Assembly: GCA_963813715.1 (NCBI GenBank)
Contig: CAWFAK010000007.1
Coordinates: 960,001-1,024,000, forward strand
Length of the DNA: 64,000 nucleotides
Direction: 5' to 3'
Origin: an uncultured Planctomycetaceae bacterium
GTDB lineage: Bacteria; Planctomycetota; Planctomycetia; Planctomycetales; Planctomycetaceae
The notes under the pieces are model-generated. The model did no database searches. It saw only the letters and a program-made list of their open reading frames with translations, and was not told where the DNA came from. Below, piece after piece: positions 37,101-46,232 of the stretch. The first letter of the stretch is position 1; every line of letters starts with the position of its first letter. The position numbers and the translations under genes were made by a program.

Positions 37101-37670
37101 GACCGGGACGAACAACTGCAATCGCTCTCGCACGGACAGGTTGTTTTGGTCGCAGTATTCTGTGATCGGAATCCCGCGGACCAACTCCATCACGAAGTAC
37201 GGATGGCCGGCCGAGGTGGCCCCCGCGTCGAGCACTTTGGCAATATGGGGATGATCCATCAGCGCGAGCGCCTGCCGCTCGGCTTCGAAACGGGCAATCA
37301 CCTGCCGCGAATCCATGCCCGGCTTGATGATCTTGAGCGCGACGCGGCGGCGGACCGGCTCCTGCTGGTCGGCCATGTAGACGACGCCCATGCCGCCTTC
37401 GCCGATCTTCTCCAGCAGCTTGTAGTGGCCGATGAGCGTCCCCGCGCGGCCCAAGTTAGATTGGTCGAGCAAGGTCGCCACTTGTTGAGCGGCGGGCTTC
37501 TTCAAGAATCCTTCGGCTAATTGATGGGCTCGGAGGAGCGTGTCGACCTGGGCACGAAATTGCGGATCGGTGCCGCAGGCCCGATCGAGGTACGCGCCGC
37601 GCGCGGCCGCGTCTTCAATCTCGATCGCGTGTCCGAAGACAGTCTTGATCTCGTTTTCAGGCGGATTCAT
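34113..37670 (-). CDS. Ser/Thr protein kinase with TM and WD40 repeats (intact, 1185 aa)
   Basis: Kinase motifs, RGFEWHYL linker and WD40 repeats. Confidence 0.95.
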   Translation of the reverse strand: MNPPENEIKTVFGHAIEIEDAAARGAYLDRACGTDPQFRAQVDTLLRAHQLAEGFLKKPAAQQVATLLDQSNLGRAGTLIGHYKLLEKIGEGGMGVVYMADQQEPVRRRVALKIIKPGMDSRQVIARFEAERQALALMDHPHIAKVLDAGATSAGHPYFVMELVRGIPITEYCDQNNLSVRERLQLFVPVCQAVQHAHQKGIIHRDIKPTNVLVTLHDGRPVPKIIDFGVAKATTQQLTEKTLFTNFAQMVGTPLYMSPEQAEMSGLDVDTRSDIYSLGVLLYELLTGSTPFDRKRLSQAAYGELIRIIREEEPPRPSTRLSRSTDTLPAIAALRRTEPARLSRMFRGDLDWITMKSLEKDRTRRYETANGLARDIERYLNDEPVEAGPPGAGYRLRKLAHKNRTALRIGCAFLVLLVLGSVASTWQAFRATVAEHIAQNNELEASQAREETRRERDHVADANQKLQKTLGDLRHTLYVSDMNRAFIFFRDGNVERVQQVLDRHRPRPGQEEIRGFEWHYLQHLCDRFQKGRLFDTKSDVLALRLSPDGKSLATASDEGTLGLWDASTGVLRLSIPQVSAGGLAFSADGSTVVTASRSTQGQITPRSATLSLRFWDVATGNERPAGRFNQTVYEFGSTAFSEDGSTLAAATVDGRLAFWNTADGREQRTLDPYASDPHMTRAAFQMARLGPEGKAVAWQVGPTTMVWDLTTGSMKFKHVDPKRWSFALALSPNGTLLACHRGSEPHVVELWDWKAGKKLTELDGFPSQVNALTFSPDGKLLATGDKFGTIRVWDPVTFKETAIFKGHASGISALIFSPDSQWLYSGAADGIVRRWKIVPEPDPDTIEGDVAFYPVKVGLAADGKSVFLESRLKTGMPPRRDVRHWDLASRRELAQFQVTSSPGDTTTTTSPDGNFVFFAKPGDHMAALWDVIKNREAGKLEIDDGPIGQVCFSRDSRMLALAGSQRLSLWNIRAAQWQSRVHASDGGAIDFSPDGRILATATGSKNEQAVVLRNPSTLAELGRLPGEALQLKFAADSRTLATIAGSAITLWNVDTRREQARLRLAQPFANDARVLSSGSLSPDGTLYAGRDRLQLRIWDALTGQPIWEPNGLVGDVGHFAWSPDGRTLVTIAGPTLTLWNVATREELTRFILPETIWRAAFGADGSLVTADGMNQIRLWRVDDTN

Positions 37671-37698
37671 GCCGGCATCTTAGAGTGGATCTTCCCTG

Positions 37699-37728
37699 CA
37701 ATGCGACAAGTGAGGGGCGGGCCTGACA
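37699..37728 (-). promoter_or_regulatory. Second copy of TGTCAG-N13-TTGTCGCATTG
   Basis: Direct match of both boxes to 32922..32951. Confidence 0.5.
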
Positions 37729-37949
37729 GGAATTCTACGAGGTTGTCTGCCCCGGGCCATCGAGCTGCCTCGTCGGCAACTCGTATAACAGCCTGAAATG
37801 ACCAGGCTCTCGCGTAAGCCGGAGCCGCTACGTACTCCGCAACGACAGGCCGAGCGAATCGGCCGAAGCGCTCATGGCCTGGCCGGCGAAGTCGCGGAAC
37901 TGCACCGGGGAAGCCAGCCTTGTCACACGCTAACACGGCCGAGTTCGCG

Positions 37950-38647
37950 CTCTGTCGTTTGAACGTCGTGCGGCTCCGCCAGCCGCGAACGGCGCCGACG
38001 GCCAGAAAGCCCGTGCCCAGCAGGCAAAGGCTCGCGGGTTCGGGAGTCGACTTCGGGACGTCGATCGGTCCCGAGAGCGCGTACAAGGATTGGGGATTGG
38101 TGTCTATGAATTCGCCAGCAACCAACCAGCCGTCGGTCGTGTAGGGCTCGCCGTATTGCGCAATGGGGTCCGTAGGGCTCAACCCTCCTAGATAACCGGT
38201 CCAGACGAGTGTAAAGCCTTCCGTGCCGTTCTGAGTGATATTGGGCGTCGTATCGAGAGTAGTCCCAAAAGTACTTGAGTAAAGTCCTGCATCTGTCAGC
38301 AACTGCCCGGTCACAGTTTAGACGGGAATGCCGGGAACCGAGCGCGCGTTCGTGGCGGGGCTATTAAACCCGGTCGAGGCGAGGGCATGCCAGTCGGCTG
38401 CCGGATCGAGGGCCGCGAGTGCCGGAGTGGCTTGCGATTGCACAAAACTGTTGTACGTGCTGATATCGGGAGCTCTGCGCCTGGATAGCAACTGCCGTCT
38501 CGAAGAGGATCTCATACTGCATGGTGCCCGCTGAAAACTCGTCGGCGGCAAAGGATCTGCCACGAGTCGACCGGCCGACAGTGCGACTGCCGCTGCCGAG
38601 AGCAGGCTCAAGGAGACGATTCGTGCTTCGAACTGTGGGTCGCGCAT
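37950..38647 (-). pseudogene. PEP-CTERM sorting-domain protein, disrupted by indels and an in-frame TAA at 38318
   Basis: Signal peptide; DISTYNSFV and VWTG motifs; C-terminal TPEPASLCLLGTGFLAVGAVRGWRSR. Confidence 0.75.
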
Positions 38648-38837
38648 CGCCTCGATTGGGCCGGTGAACTTCTTGGGCAATTGCTCTTCGTTTCGTTGCC
38701 CTCTTTAGCGACGGCCGGAAAATGGGCCGCGTAGCTAGACTTGGGTGGGCCGTCGAGCCGAAAATAGTGCCCCTTGGTCGGAAGGATTCGCAAGTCCCAG
38801 ACGGATTCACGAATCGCAGAGACGAAGAGGACGATTC

Positions 38838-40853
38838 ATGAGCAAAGTGATGCACGAAATGCCCGCTCGCGGCCTGGCTCTCTTGGCAGCCGCGGCCGGG
38901 TTCTTTTTGGCGGATGTTCAGGCGATTGCCGCTGAGGTCGCGGGCAACGTCCAGATCGCCCGCAGACCGGTCGCCGGCTCGACGGTGACTCTCTACGTGG
39001 CCGGTGACGGTGCTCCCACGAAGTTGGCCCAGGGTGAGACCGACGAGAACGGCGCATTCACACTTCACGCTGGACGAACCTCGGGAGACGCCGTGCTTTA
39101 CCTGGTGGCCAAAGGCGGCACGCCCACGGCCGGCGGGGCAAAGGCGGCCAACGATGCCCTCGTGTTGATGTCGCTTCTGGGAACCTCGTTGCCGAAGTCG
39201 GTCACGGTGAACGAACTCACCACCGTCGCCTCGGCATTCACCGCCGCCCGCTTCATCGACGGGGAAGCCATCTCCGGCAAGCCGCTGGGATTGAAGATCG
39301 CCGCCGGGAACACGCCAAACCTGGTGGATCCTGCAACGGGCGGCTGGGGCAACGTGTTGCTGGATCCACTCAACAGCACACAGACGACGGCCCTCGCGAA
39401 CCTGAACACGCTCGGCTCGCTCGTGACGGCTTCCCTCACCGTGGCGGACGGCGAGTGGCGTGCCCGCCTCTTCAAAGCCGCAACGCCGATCGGCGGCGCG
39501 ACACCCAAGAACACGCTCGAAGCAATGGCTGGCATCGCTCGCACGCCATGGGCCAACACGAAGGAACTCTATGCGTTGTTCAACGAAGCCTACCCGGAAC
39601 TCAAGGACGGCGAGCGGCGTGCCGCGCCGTTCGTGCCGTATCTCGTGTGGACCCCGCCCGACTTCGCGCTCAGTCTCTGTTTCGCGGGCGGCGGAGTCTA
39701 TTCCCCCGGTCGGCTCATGTTCGATGCAGAAGGCAATCTTTGGAGCGGCCAGAACTGGATGGCCGGCTCGCAGTCCGGCGTCATCAAGAGCATTGGCGGC
39801 GGCGTCGCCAAGTTAAGTCCCAACGGCAAGGCGCTCTCGCCGCCAATCACTGGCTTCACCGGCATGGGCATCGACGGTGTCGGCTGGGGCACAGCGGTCA
39901 CGCGCGAGCATGTCTGGGCGTCCAGCTTCAATGGCAAGTTCCTCGTGATGGATTTCGAGGGTCGTCCCGTCGCCGGCGAGAGCGACCTCCCCTTCAAAGA
40001 GAAACTCCTCGGACTGATGGGCATCGGTGTCGCCGCGAACGGTGACGTCTGGATCGCCGACGGCGCCGGTAATCAGTTGCTCCATTTTCCCGGTGGAAAC
40101 GTGAAGGCGGGGCGGATCGTCAAGGTCGCGGGGTTGCGGTCCCCCTTTGACATTGTCATCGACCCGCAGAATCGCGCTTGGGTCAGCAACTCCCAATCCG
40201 ACACGGTCGTCCGCTTCCCGATTGACGATCCTTCCAAGACAGAGACTTTCCGCTGCGGGATCAGCGTCCGCGCCCTTGCGTTGGACTCGAAGGCCAATGT
40301 CTGGGTTGCGAGCAACACATCCCTGGATTTCCCGATGCCGAAAATCCCCGACGGCGCGTCCATCATGAAGCAGTTTGAAATGATGGGGGCAGCCATGCTG
40401 AGATACCCGAAATCCACCGGTGTGATCCACATGATCCGCCCTGATGGCACCCAGCTTGCGCCGCAGGGTTTGACCGGCCACGGCGCCATCGACATTCCGT
40501 GGGGGTTGAACATCGATGGCAACGACGATGTGTGGATCGGCAACTTTTCGCCTCGCAACCGCAGCGTCGCGCTGATGGCCGGTATCGACACGAAGGGCCA
40601 TCCGCCGGGCACGAAGCCAGGCGACGTGATCCACCTGTTCAAGAGCGGTTCCATCCAGTCGCTCACCGACGTGTCCATCGACCCGGCCGGCAACGTCTGG
40701 GCGGCGAACAACTGGAATGATCCAAGAGCAGCGGTCGAGCCGAACCCGGCCAGCGCCACCTCAACCTGGGGCGGAGGGTCGGGCATCACGGTCATCTATG
40801 GCGTCGCGGCTCCGGTCCAGCCGCCGCGCATGGGCAAGGTGCGCCAGCCGTAA
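38838..40853 (+). CDS. Secreted NHL/Vgb-like beta-propeller protein
   Basis: Signal peptide; VTVNELTTVA; repeated IDxxGNVWxxN blades. Confidence 0.8.
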   Translation: MSKVMHEMPARGLALLAAAAGFFLADVQAIAAEVAGNVQIARRPVAGSTVTLYVAGDGAPTKLAQGETDENGAFTLHAGRTSGDAVLYLVAKGGTPTAGGAKAANDALVLMSLLGTSLPKSVTVNELTTVASAFTAARFIDGEAISGKPLGLKIAAGNTPNLVDPATGGWGNVLLDPLNSTQTTALANLNTLGSLVTASLTVADGEWRARLFKAATPIGGATPKNTLEAMAGIARTPWANTKELYALFNEAYPELKDGERRAAPFVPYLVWTPPDFALSLCFAGGGVYSPGRLMFDAEGNLWSGQNWMAGSQSGVIKSIGGGVAKLSPNGKALSPPITGFTGMGIDGVGWGTAVTREHVWASSFNGKFLVMDFEGRPVAGESDLPFKEKLLGLMGIGVAANGDVWIADGAGNQLLHFPGGNVKAGRIVKVAGLRSPFDIVIDPQNRAWVSNSQSDTVVRFPIDDPSKTETFRCGISVRALALDSKANVWVASNTSLDFPMPKIPDGASIMKQFEMMGAAMLRYPKSTGVIHMIRPDGTQLAPQGLTGHGAIDIPWGLNIDGNDDVWIGNFSPRNRSVALMAGIDTKGHPPGTKPGDVIHLFKSGSIQSLTDVSIDPAGNVWAANNWNDPRAAVEPNPASATSTWGGGSGITVIYGVAAPVQPPRMGKVRQP

Positions 40854-40986
40854 AATCCCAATGGTTTTAGCGGCCGGCCCGAAACCCGCCGATCGCGGAG
40901 CACTCGTAAACGTTCGATTTACGCCGTACCCCGACGAGACTTTTCTCGGTCGTCGCGCCGAGCGCGACTCCGCGATCATGTCTGAG

Positions 40987-41015
40987 TTTTCGGCACGCGG
41001 AGCGTGTGCCGAAAA
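40987..41015. terminator. Hairpin between convergent genes (possible terminator or REP-like palindrome)
   Basis: TTTTCGGCAC-GCGGAGCGT-GTGCCGAAAA: perfect 10-bp inverted repeat. Confidence 0.45.
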
Positions 41016-41318
41016 ACGTCTGAGTTTCCGGGGCTTGCTGAAGCGTCACTTATCGGTCGGGCCTGTTGAAAAAAGGATGGGAGTCGTGGGGGCCCAGATA
41101 CGATTGGTTTTGAGCTGCTAACAGCGGTGTCCCGTCCTCAAGAAAGGGCGACTCATCCTCTGCCCAGAATCGCTCGAGCACCGTTAATCGGCCAGAGTCC
41201 CGTGCGACCAAGCTGTTTGGATCATCGATCGCACGCTCGATCTCGCGGACGACTCATCGGGTGCGGCGCGGCCCAGTATGAAATTCCGGATTTGGTCGCA
41301 GTTGAGTTGCACGTCCGG

Positions 41319-42470
41319 TTAAGCGCCCGCCCGTCCTGATTGCGCTGCGATTATTTTTGCCTTGGTGGGCAGCGAAAATCGGAAGGTTGATCCGATCCCC
41401 TCCTTGCTGTCGACGGTCACCTTTCCACCATCGGCCTCGGTAAACGTCTTCACGATAGCGAGGCCCAATCCCATTCCACTTTCGTTTTCTGGATCGGTTT
41501 CTCCCTTGTCGAAGATGTTTGCGAGAAGCTCTTCGGGGATGCCCGCACCATTGTCGCTGACCCAGCACTCAACGGCACCTTCCGTATCCAGTTCACGGGC
41601 TCCAATGATCACCTCTCCGCGTGGCGTGTACTTGATGGCGTTGGCAATCAAGTTTTGAAAGACACGCCTCAATAATCCGGCGTCTGCATAGATCATCAAG
41701 TCGTCGGGCACCTTGTTGATCAGCCGAGTGCTGGCGGTGCCTGCCACCGGATGGAGATCGTGAATGAGGCCCTCGACGAGCGGCCACAAATCAAACTCCC
41801 GCCGCTCTACTTTGATCCCGACTTCAGTCTGGAGGTTCGTGTTTTCCTCGAGCACCTTGTCGACCAGCTCTTCGAGATGCCGCACATTGCGACGCAAGGC
41901 TTTCAACATCTGGGCCGTTTCGGCATCGCTGGTGCCTCGTTCGGCGAGCGTCAGCTCCAGGACCCTCCCCGCGAGTGAGATGGCGTTCAGCGGAGTTCGG
42001 AGATCATGTGCCACAAAGGCGAGATACTCTTCCCGGCGCCGCTGCACCTCCAGCGCACGCTGAGTGGCGTAGGCCTGCAATGCCAGGCCGATCGCATGGT
42101 CGAAGACCCGGTTGAGAATGTGGAAAGGCTTCCCTTGCAGTTTCAAGCCGTTTTCGTCGGCAAGGTCGTGGATGCAGCCTCGCAGGATGTTGTACTCCGC
42201 AACGACCTCTTCAATATCAAATGCGTCTTAGACGCGTTGCAGGCCATGAGCCGGAGGACCGCTGTCACTAAGCGCTTCCGGAATCGTCTGGTCAGAATGC
42301 GATTCGAGGGCCCGAGCTAATTCGCCAAGCACTCCAGGCATGTGATCGTTGAGCGTCGGGATGTCCAGGTGCCGCGCTGAAGGGAGTTCCCGCACTTGTT
42401 GACGCCATCGCGAGAGTAACGCTAGGCCTTCCTGCTTGATGAGCGCGGCCAGTTTGTCCAGATCCTTCAT
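41319..42470 (-). pseudogene. Sensor histidine kinase with RsbRD_N-like N-domain; in-frame TAA at 42228-42230
   Basis: HGLQRV*DAFDIEEVVAEYNILR continues in frame to AHDLRTPL, NLIANAIKYT, DNGAG and GMGLGL. Confidence 0.85.
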
Positions 42471-42899
42471 GGTACTTAAACCTCAGGCTGATTCCGTCCA
42501 GCGACCTATTGCGCCCTATTCTCCGACATCGGACGATCTAATGAGAGGGATCGGGAGAACTTCGGGCTCTCCCGCCCTCCCAACTCAGGATGTCCTTGTA
42601 AGCCATTACCAGATGAACCGAATCGCAAACGCGGCAGGTGGTCAGACGAAGATTGTGGCCAGTTCGACCGAGCCCAATCGACTCATCCCAGGCGCTCGGT
42701 CGGCGCCCGCATGCTCGAGCGCCGGTATTTTTTCTTCTGACGGGGGGACGACGTCTCGGACCGGATTGAGGAAGCGGCGAACTGCCGATTTGGCAGATCA
42801 ACCCTGAATTCAGACTTCTGCCAGGGCCGCAGGGAATGAGCAGCAAGAGTCAACGTATCCGTTCTAAGTTTCAGTGTCTCTGGAACTTCCTCTCAGCCG

Positions 42900-42962
42900 G
42901 ATCAGAGCGGCGACAAAGCTGGGTTTGACAGTTTACGATTCGGCATGCTGGTTGCTTGTTTC
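42900..42962 (+). pseudogene. Possible PIN/VapC toxin fragment
   Basis: ATKLGLTVYDSACWLL resembles the PIN 'gLtxYDA' motif; no other PIN segments are visible. Confidence 0.3.
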
Positions 42963-43090
42963 TGGCGCGTCGCCGCCAGGCAATCTGCATCCGAGCCTCG
43001 GCGATAGTGGGCATACCTACAACCGCCCATTCACGACGTTGAAAATCGGCTGCATTCTTGGTTGAACGTTGCAAGGAAAGGAGAAGCACA

Positions 43091-43552
43091 ATGCTGTCCA
43101 CTCTGGCTCATCGTTTGGAAACGCAGTTTGCCAACCCGTTCGCAACACTCTACCGGGAAATGGCAAGCCAGGATTTCAGCGACGGACAGACCGCGCCTTT
43201 GCGGTCGGGATTCGGATGTCTCTCTTTGTGGGAAGATGGGGACCACGTCTACCTCGATGTGGACGTCCCGGGATTGACGATCGAAGAGATCGAGCTCGTC
43301 ATCGAAGACGGCAAGCTTTGGATCCGCGGTGCGCGCCGTCCGACGCCGCGCGGACAGAAGTGTTGGCGTGACGAGCGATTCTACGGAAATCTCGAGCGCG
43401 CCGTCGTTCTTGGGGACTCCGTCGATACGGACAAAATCGAGGCCGCGCTGGCGAACGGGATCCTGTCCATCACGGTTCCCAAGAAATCGGGAGCGAAAGC
43501 GCATCGCATTCCGATTCAGAGCAACTCGATGCGGATTTCGCATACGAGCTGA
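43091..43552 (+). CDS. Hsp20/alpha-crystallin small heat-shock protein
   Basis: DVPGL, ERFYGNLER and IEAALANGILSITVPK; AAGGAG RBS. Confidence 0.92.
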   Translation: MLSTLAHRLETQFANPFATLYREMASQDFSDGQTAPLRSGFGCLSLWEDGDHVYLDVDVPGLTIEEIELVIEDGKLWIRGARRPTPRGQKCWRDERFYGNLERAVVLGDSVDTDKIEAALANGILSITVPKKSGAKAHRIPIQSNSMRISHTS

Positions 43553-43722
43553 GCGCGAATTCTAAATGACGTGGCGGCGGACCCGGCTGAGCGAATCCTC
43601 GTCGGTGTCTACCCGGCGGCGCTTCAGCCGGTTCGCTCCGCTGCCGCAACCTGATGCTGCATGGGTAGAACCGCTGCGCTTACGCGCGTTCACGACTGTC
43701 GCCAAAGAGGAGAACGAGGCCA

Positions 43723-44037
43723 ATGATTGCCGTGCTTGAATGTGGGACGGACCGTAGCGCGCACGAGCCTGCTCGCACGGTCCGGGTTCGATTGGGATCC
43801 GGTTCGAGCAAAATTTGCGCGAGCTGTTGGGAACAAGCAACGCGTTTGCGACGGCAGCTACACCGGCAGGGCTGGATCTGCACGTCACCTTCTCCGAACG
43901 TTGACCAAAACGAATTCACGTTTTTTGTGGCCAAGGGTCCAGCGGCCGTCCGACGCGACCTGCGCAGCGACTTGGAGTCGCTTTCGGAAATCGACTTTAT
44001 GTTCGAGGAAACTTTATCGAGTTTTGCCAGTCGATGA
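43723..44037 (+). CDS. Hypothetical protein
   Basis: ATG preceded by GAGGAG/GAGG; 104 aa. Confidence 0.5.
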   Translation: MIAVLECGTDRSAHEPARTVRVRLGSGSSKICASCWEQATRLRRQLHRQGWICTSPSPNVDQNEFTFFVAKGPAAVRRDLRSDLESLSEIDFMFEETLSSFASR

Positions 44038-44300
44038 CATGCGCTGCTCGCAATGATCGATTGCGGCTGGCCGACGACGGCGATCTGACTTTTCCCGCTT
44101 GGGGATCAGAGCAAGCCACTAACGACTGACGCAGCTTCAGGGACGCGTTGCCAAAAATCAACGTCGAGACTGGACCAACTAGTGCTCTCAATTGCTTGGC
44201 GCGCCTCTAGCTCGAGATACCGTTGGAATGCGTAGCCGATTGGCCGAGGTGACGCTCTCGCTCTTGTTGTCTGACCAAAGCCCTCTTCGGGGAGCCTCTC

Positions 44301-44567
44301 ATGAATCCGTCTGAGAAGTCGATGGCAACTCTGCGTCGCGAAGCAGCCGTAGTGGGTTTCTGCGCACCTGTCTGTTTTTTGGCCGGCACGGCGGTCGGTC
44401 TGGCCGCACAACTGAAACTCATGCATGCGAACCTGAGCAACGCTCTGTTCCAGACGTTCTTGGTTTGCGGGCTAATCGCGCTCGGCCACAGCCAGCTCGC
44501 GAGTCGCGTCTGGGCCATCGCCCACACTTTGTCGGCCGCGGCTGTCGACGCGAAGGTGTCCGAATGA
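44301..44567 (+). CDS. Small hypothetical membrane protein
   Basis: GGGGAG RBS; two hydrophobic helices. Confidence 0.45.
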   Translation: MNPSEKSMATLRREAAVVGFCAPVCFLAGTAVGLAAQLKLMHANLSNALFQTFLVCGLIALGHSQLASRVWAIAHTLSAAAVDAKVSE

Positions 44568-45065
44568 ATGACCGCCCCGTCGCCTGAGCGAACGTTGGCT
44601 GACCCTGTCCTGCCAAGGCAAGCTGCTTGGGCCCCCCGTACTGTCAGTTTGCGGCGAAACGAGTCAAAACTCCTATCTGGAGATCCCCACAACCCCTTGG
44701 CGAATCTCAGAACCGCTCACCCGAAGGGAACTGCCGGCTCGCGCGACGAGCCTCGTAGCGGGGCGCTGAATGCGGCCAAGACGAGCACCGTCAAGGGCTG
44801 GCAACAAACCCGGACCTCGATAACAGTCCATCGCCTCAGGCAAAAGCAGTTCCCGGCGTTGTCAGCCTTTGCCACCCACGGCTGTAAGAGCCTGTCGGAC
44901 GTGTTCCTCCGAAGCGAATTGCGCCGAGAAGATGTGTTGGATGGCCGATCCAGTTCGTGCCGCTGGTCTGGCGCTCGCTAGAAAGAAGGTATGAGCGTCG
45001 TAGGCGATTTCACGTAGGGAAGCTTGCGCTTGCCTGTTCGGCGCTGCCCGATCACCATTTCGGGC

Positions 45066-45296
45066 ATGCCATTCATCGTCAAAGCAACCGGACGCGCAGG
45101 GTTCGTCTGTTGGCTGGGCGCCGCAGATGAGGCCGGTTTTCGTCCGCTTGCACCTCGCAAGATGGCAGACTTTTTCCTGACAGTCCAGGGTGCGCACGAC
45201 GCGATTGCCCTCCTGCCGCGGACATTCGAACACGTGGGGTGGGCCTTCTCCGTCGAATCGGCCGACCAATTGAGCCGTCCGACGGTGAGAATGTAG
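45066..45296 (+). CDS. Hypothetical protein
   Basis: Protein-like ORF MPFIVKATGRAGFVCWL... Confidence 0.4.
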   Translation: MPFIVKATGRAGFVCWLGAADEAGFRPLAPRKMADFFLTVQGAHDAIALLPRTFEHVGWAFSVESADQLSRPTVRM

Positions 45297-45336
45297 CTGA
45301 AAGACACCGATCCTGTGCCCCGGCAAGCCGGCGCAG

Positions 45337-45705
45337 TTACTGCCGTGCTTCGAGCTGAAGACCTCCCCACCGGCGCACATTCGCCGCGGCGACTCTTACA
45401 AGACGCGCCAACAGTGGGATTTCTTCCAAGAGATGCTGCCTACGCCGGCAAGCCTTCAAGAGCTCTTCTGCGCGATGAACCAGCACTGGATCACGCCCGA
45501 TTCGGATCGTCCGCTGGACCAGGCAACCGTCCTCAAGTCGTTCGTAGTACCGCAGCCGCCAGACGTAGCCGCCCCGATCCCATTTGCGGCAGATGTTTCC
45601 TTGCGTCCAGAGATGCGGCGAGGCTGCCAAAATCCGCCGTTTGATGTCACTCCAGCGGATTTTGAGTTCGGCCGAGGGCGCTGCGGAGGCCGTAGTGGAT
45701 TTCAC
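45337..45705 (-). CDS. Hypothetical protein
   Basis: Start overlaps the upstream stop by 4 nt; GGAGG RBS. Confidence 0.55.
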   Translation of the reverse strand: MKSTTASAAPSAELKIRWSDIKRRILAASPHLWTQGNICRKWDRGGYVWRLRYYERLEDGCLVQRTIRIGRDPVLVHRAEELLKACRRRQHLLEEIPLLARLVRVAAANVRRWGGLQLEARQ

Positions 45706-46232
45706 GACTCGCTCGCCTCCTTGCGGTGCTCCCGTTTGCCCGAGTTGGCTGATACCTGAATTGAAGTTTCATCGTCTGACGCCGGGGCGGCAGTGCATCC
45801 ATTCAACCTGTGAGACTGGGCTCTCTTACGCTCGCTTTTGGAGCGCCTCGTCTCTCCGCCGTTACACCGACATCTCTCGTTTTTGAGCTCCTTTTCGCGA
45901 GCCAGCTGCCAGAGCCGAGCACTGGCGGCCTGCGACTGGCACAATTCGGCCAGATGGCTCTGCATGGACATGAGCGGTCCCAGGACCGAATCGAGGACAT
46001 TCGACTCAATTTCCGACGGACCGCGGTGATTATGCGCGTCCGTGCTCTGGACCCGTTGCAGCAACGTGTATTGAACGCGCAGGGTCAGATACCCGGCCAC
46101 ATTCAGCATCATCCGAAAGAACTCGGCAGACAACTTGGCCGAATCCTTTCGGGACGCGACGTCGATGGCCCGGAACAGCTGCGAGAAAGCATCGGCGTGT
46201 TTTGTCTCATGCCAGGGCGTCTCGAGGATCAA
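45702..46232 (-). CDS. Hypothetical helical protein, probably 5'-truncated
   Basis: Protein-like ORF abutting the divergent WD40/FGE gene with no promoter space. Confidence 0.5.
   Translation of the reverse strand: MILETPWHETKHADAFSQLFRAIDVASRKDSAKLSAEFFRMMLNVAGYLTLRVQYTLLQRVQSTDAHNHRGPSEIESNVLDSVLGPLMSMQSHLAELCQSQAASARLWQLAREKELKNERCRCNGGETRRSKSERKRAQSHRLNGCTAAPASDDETSIQVSANSGKREHRKEASES

Noticed and set aside
45810..46229. N-terminal 140 aa of the 882-aa plus-strand ORF
   Set aside because: Reads as antisense of the 45702..46232 gene; recognisable domains start only after ~46230.
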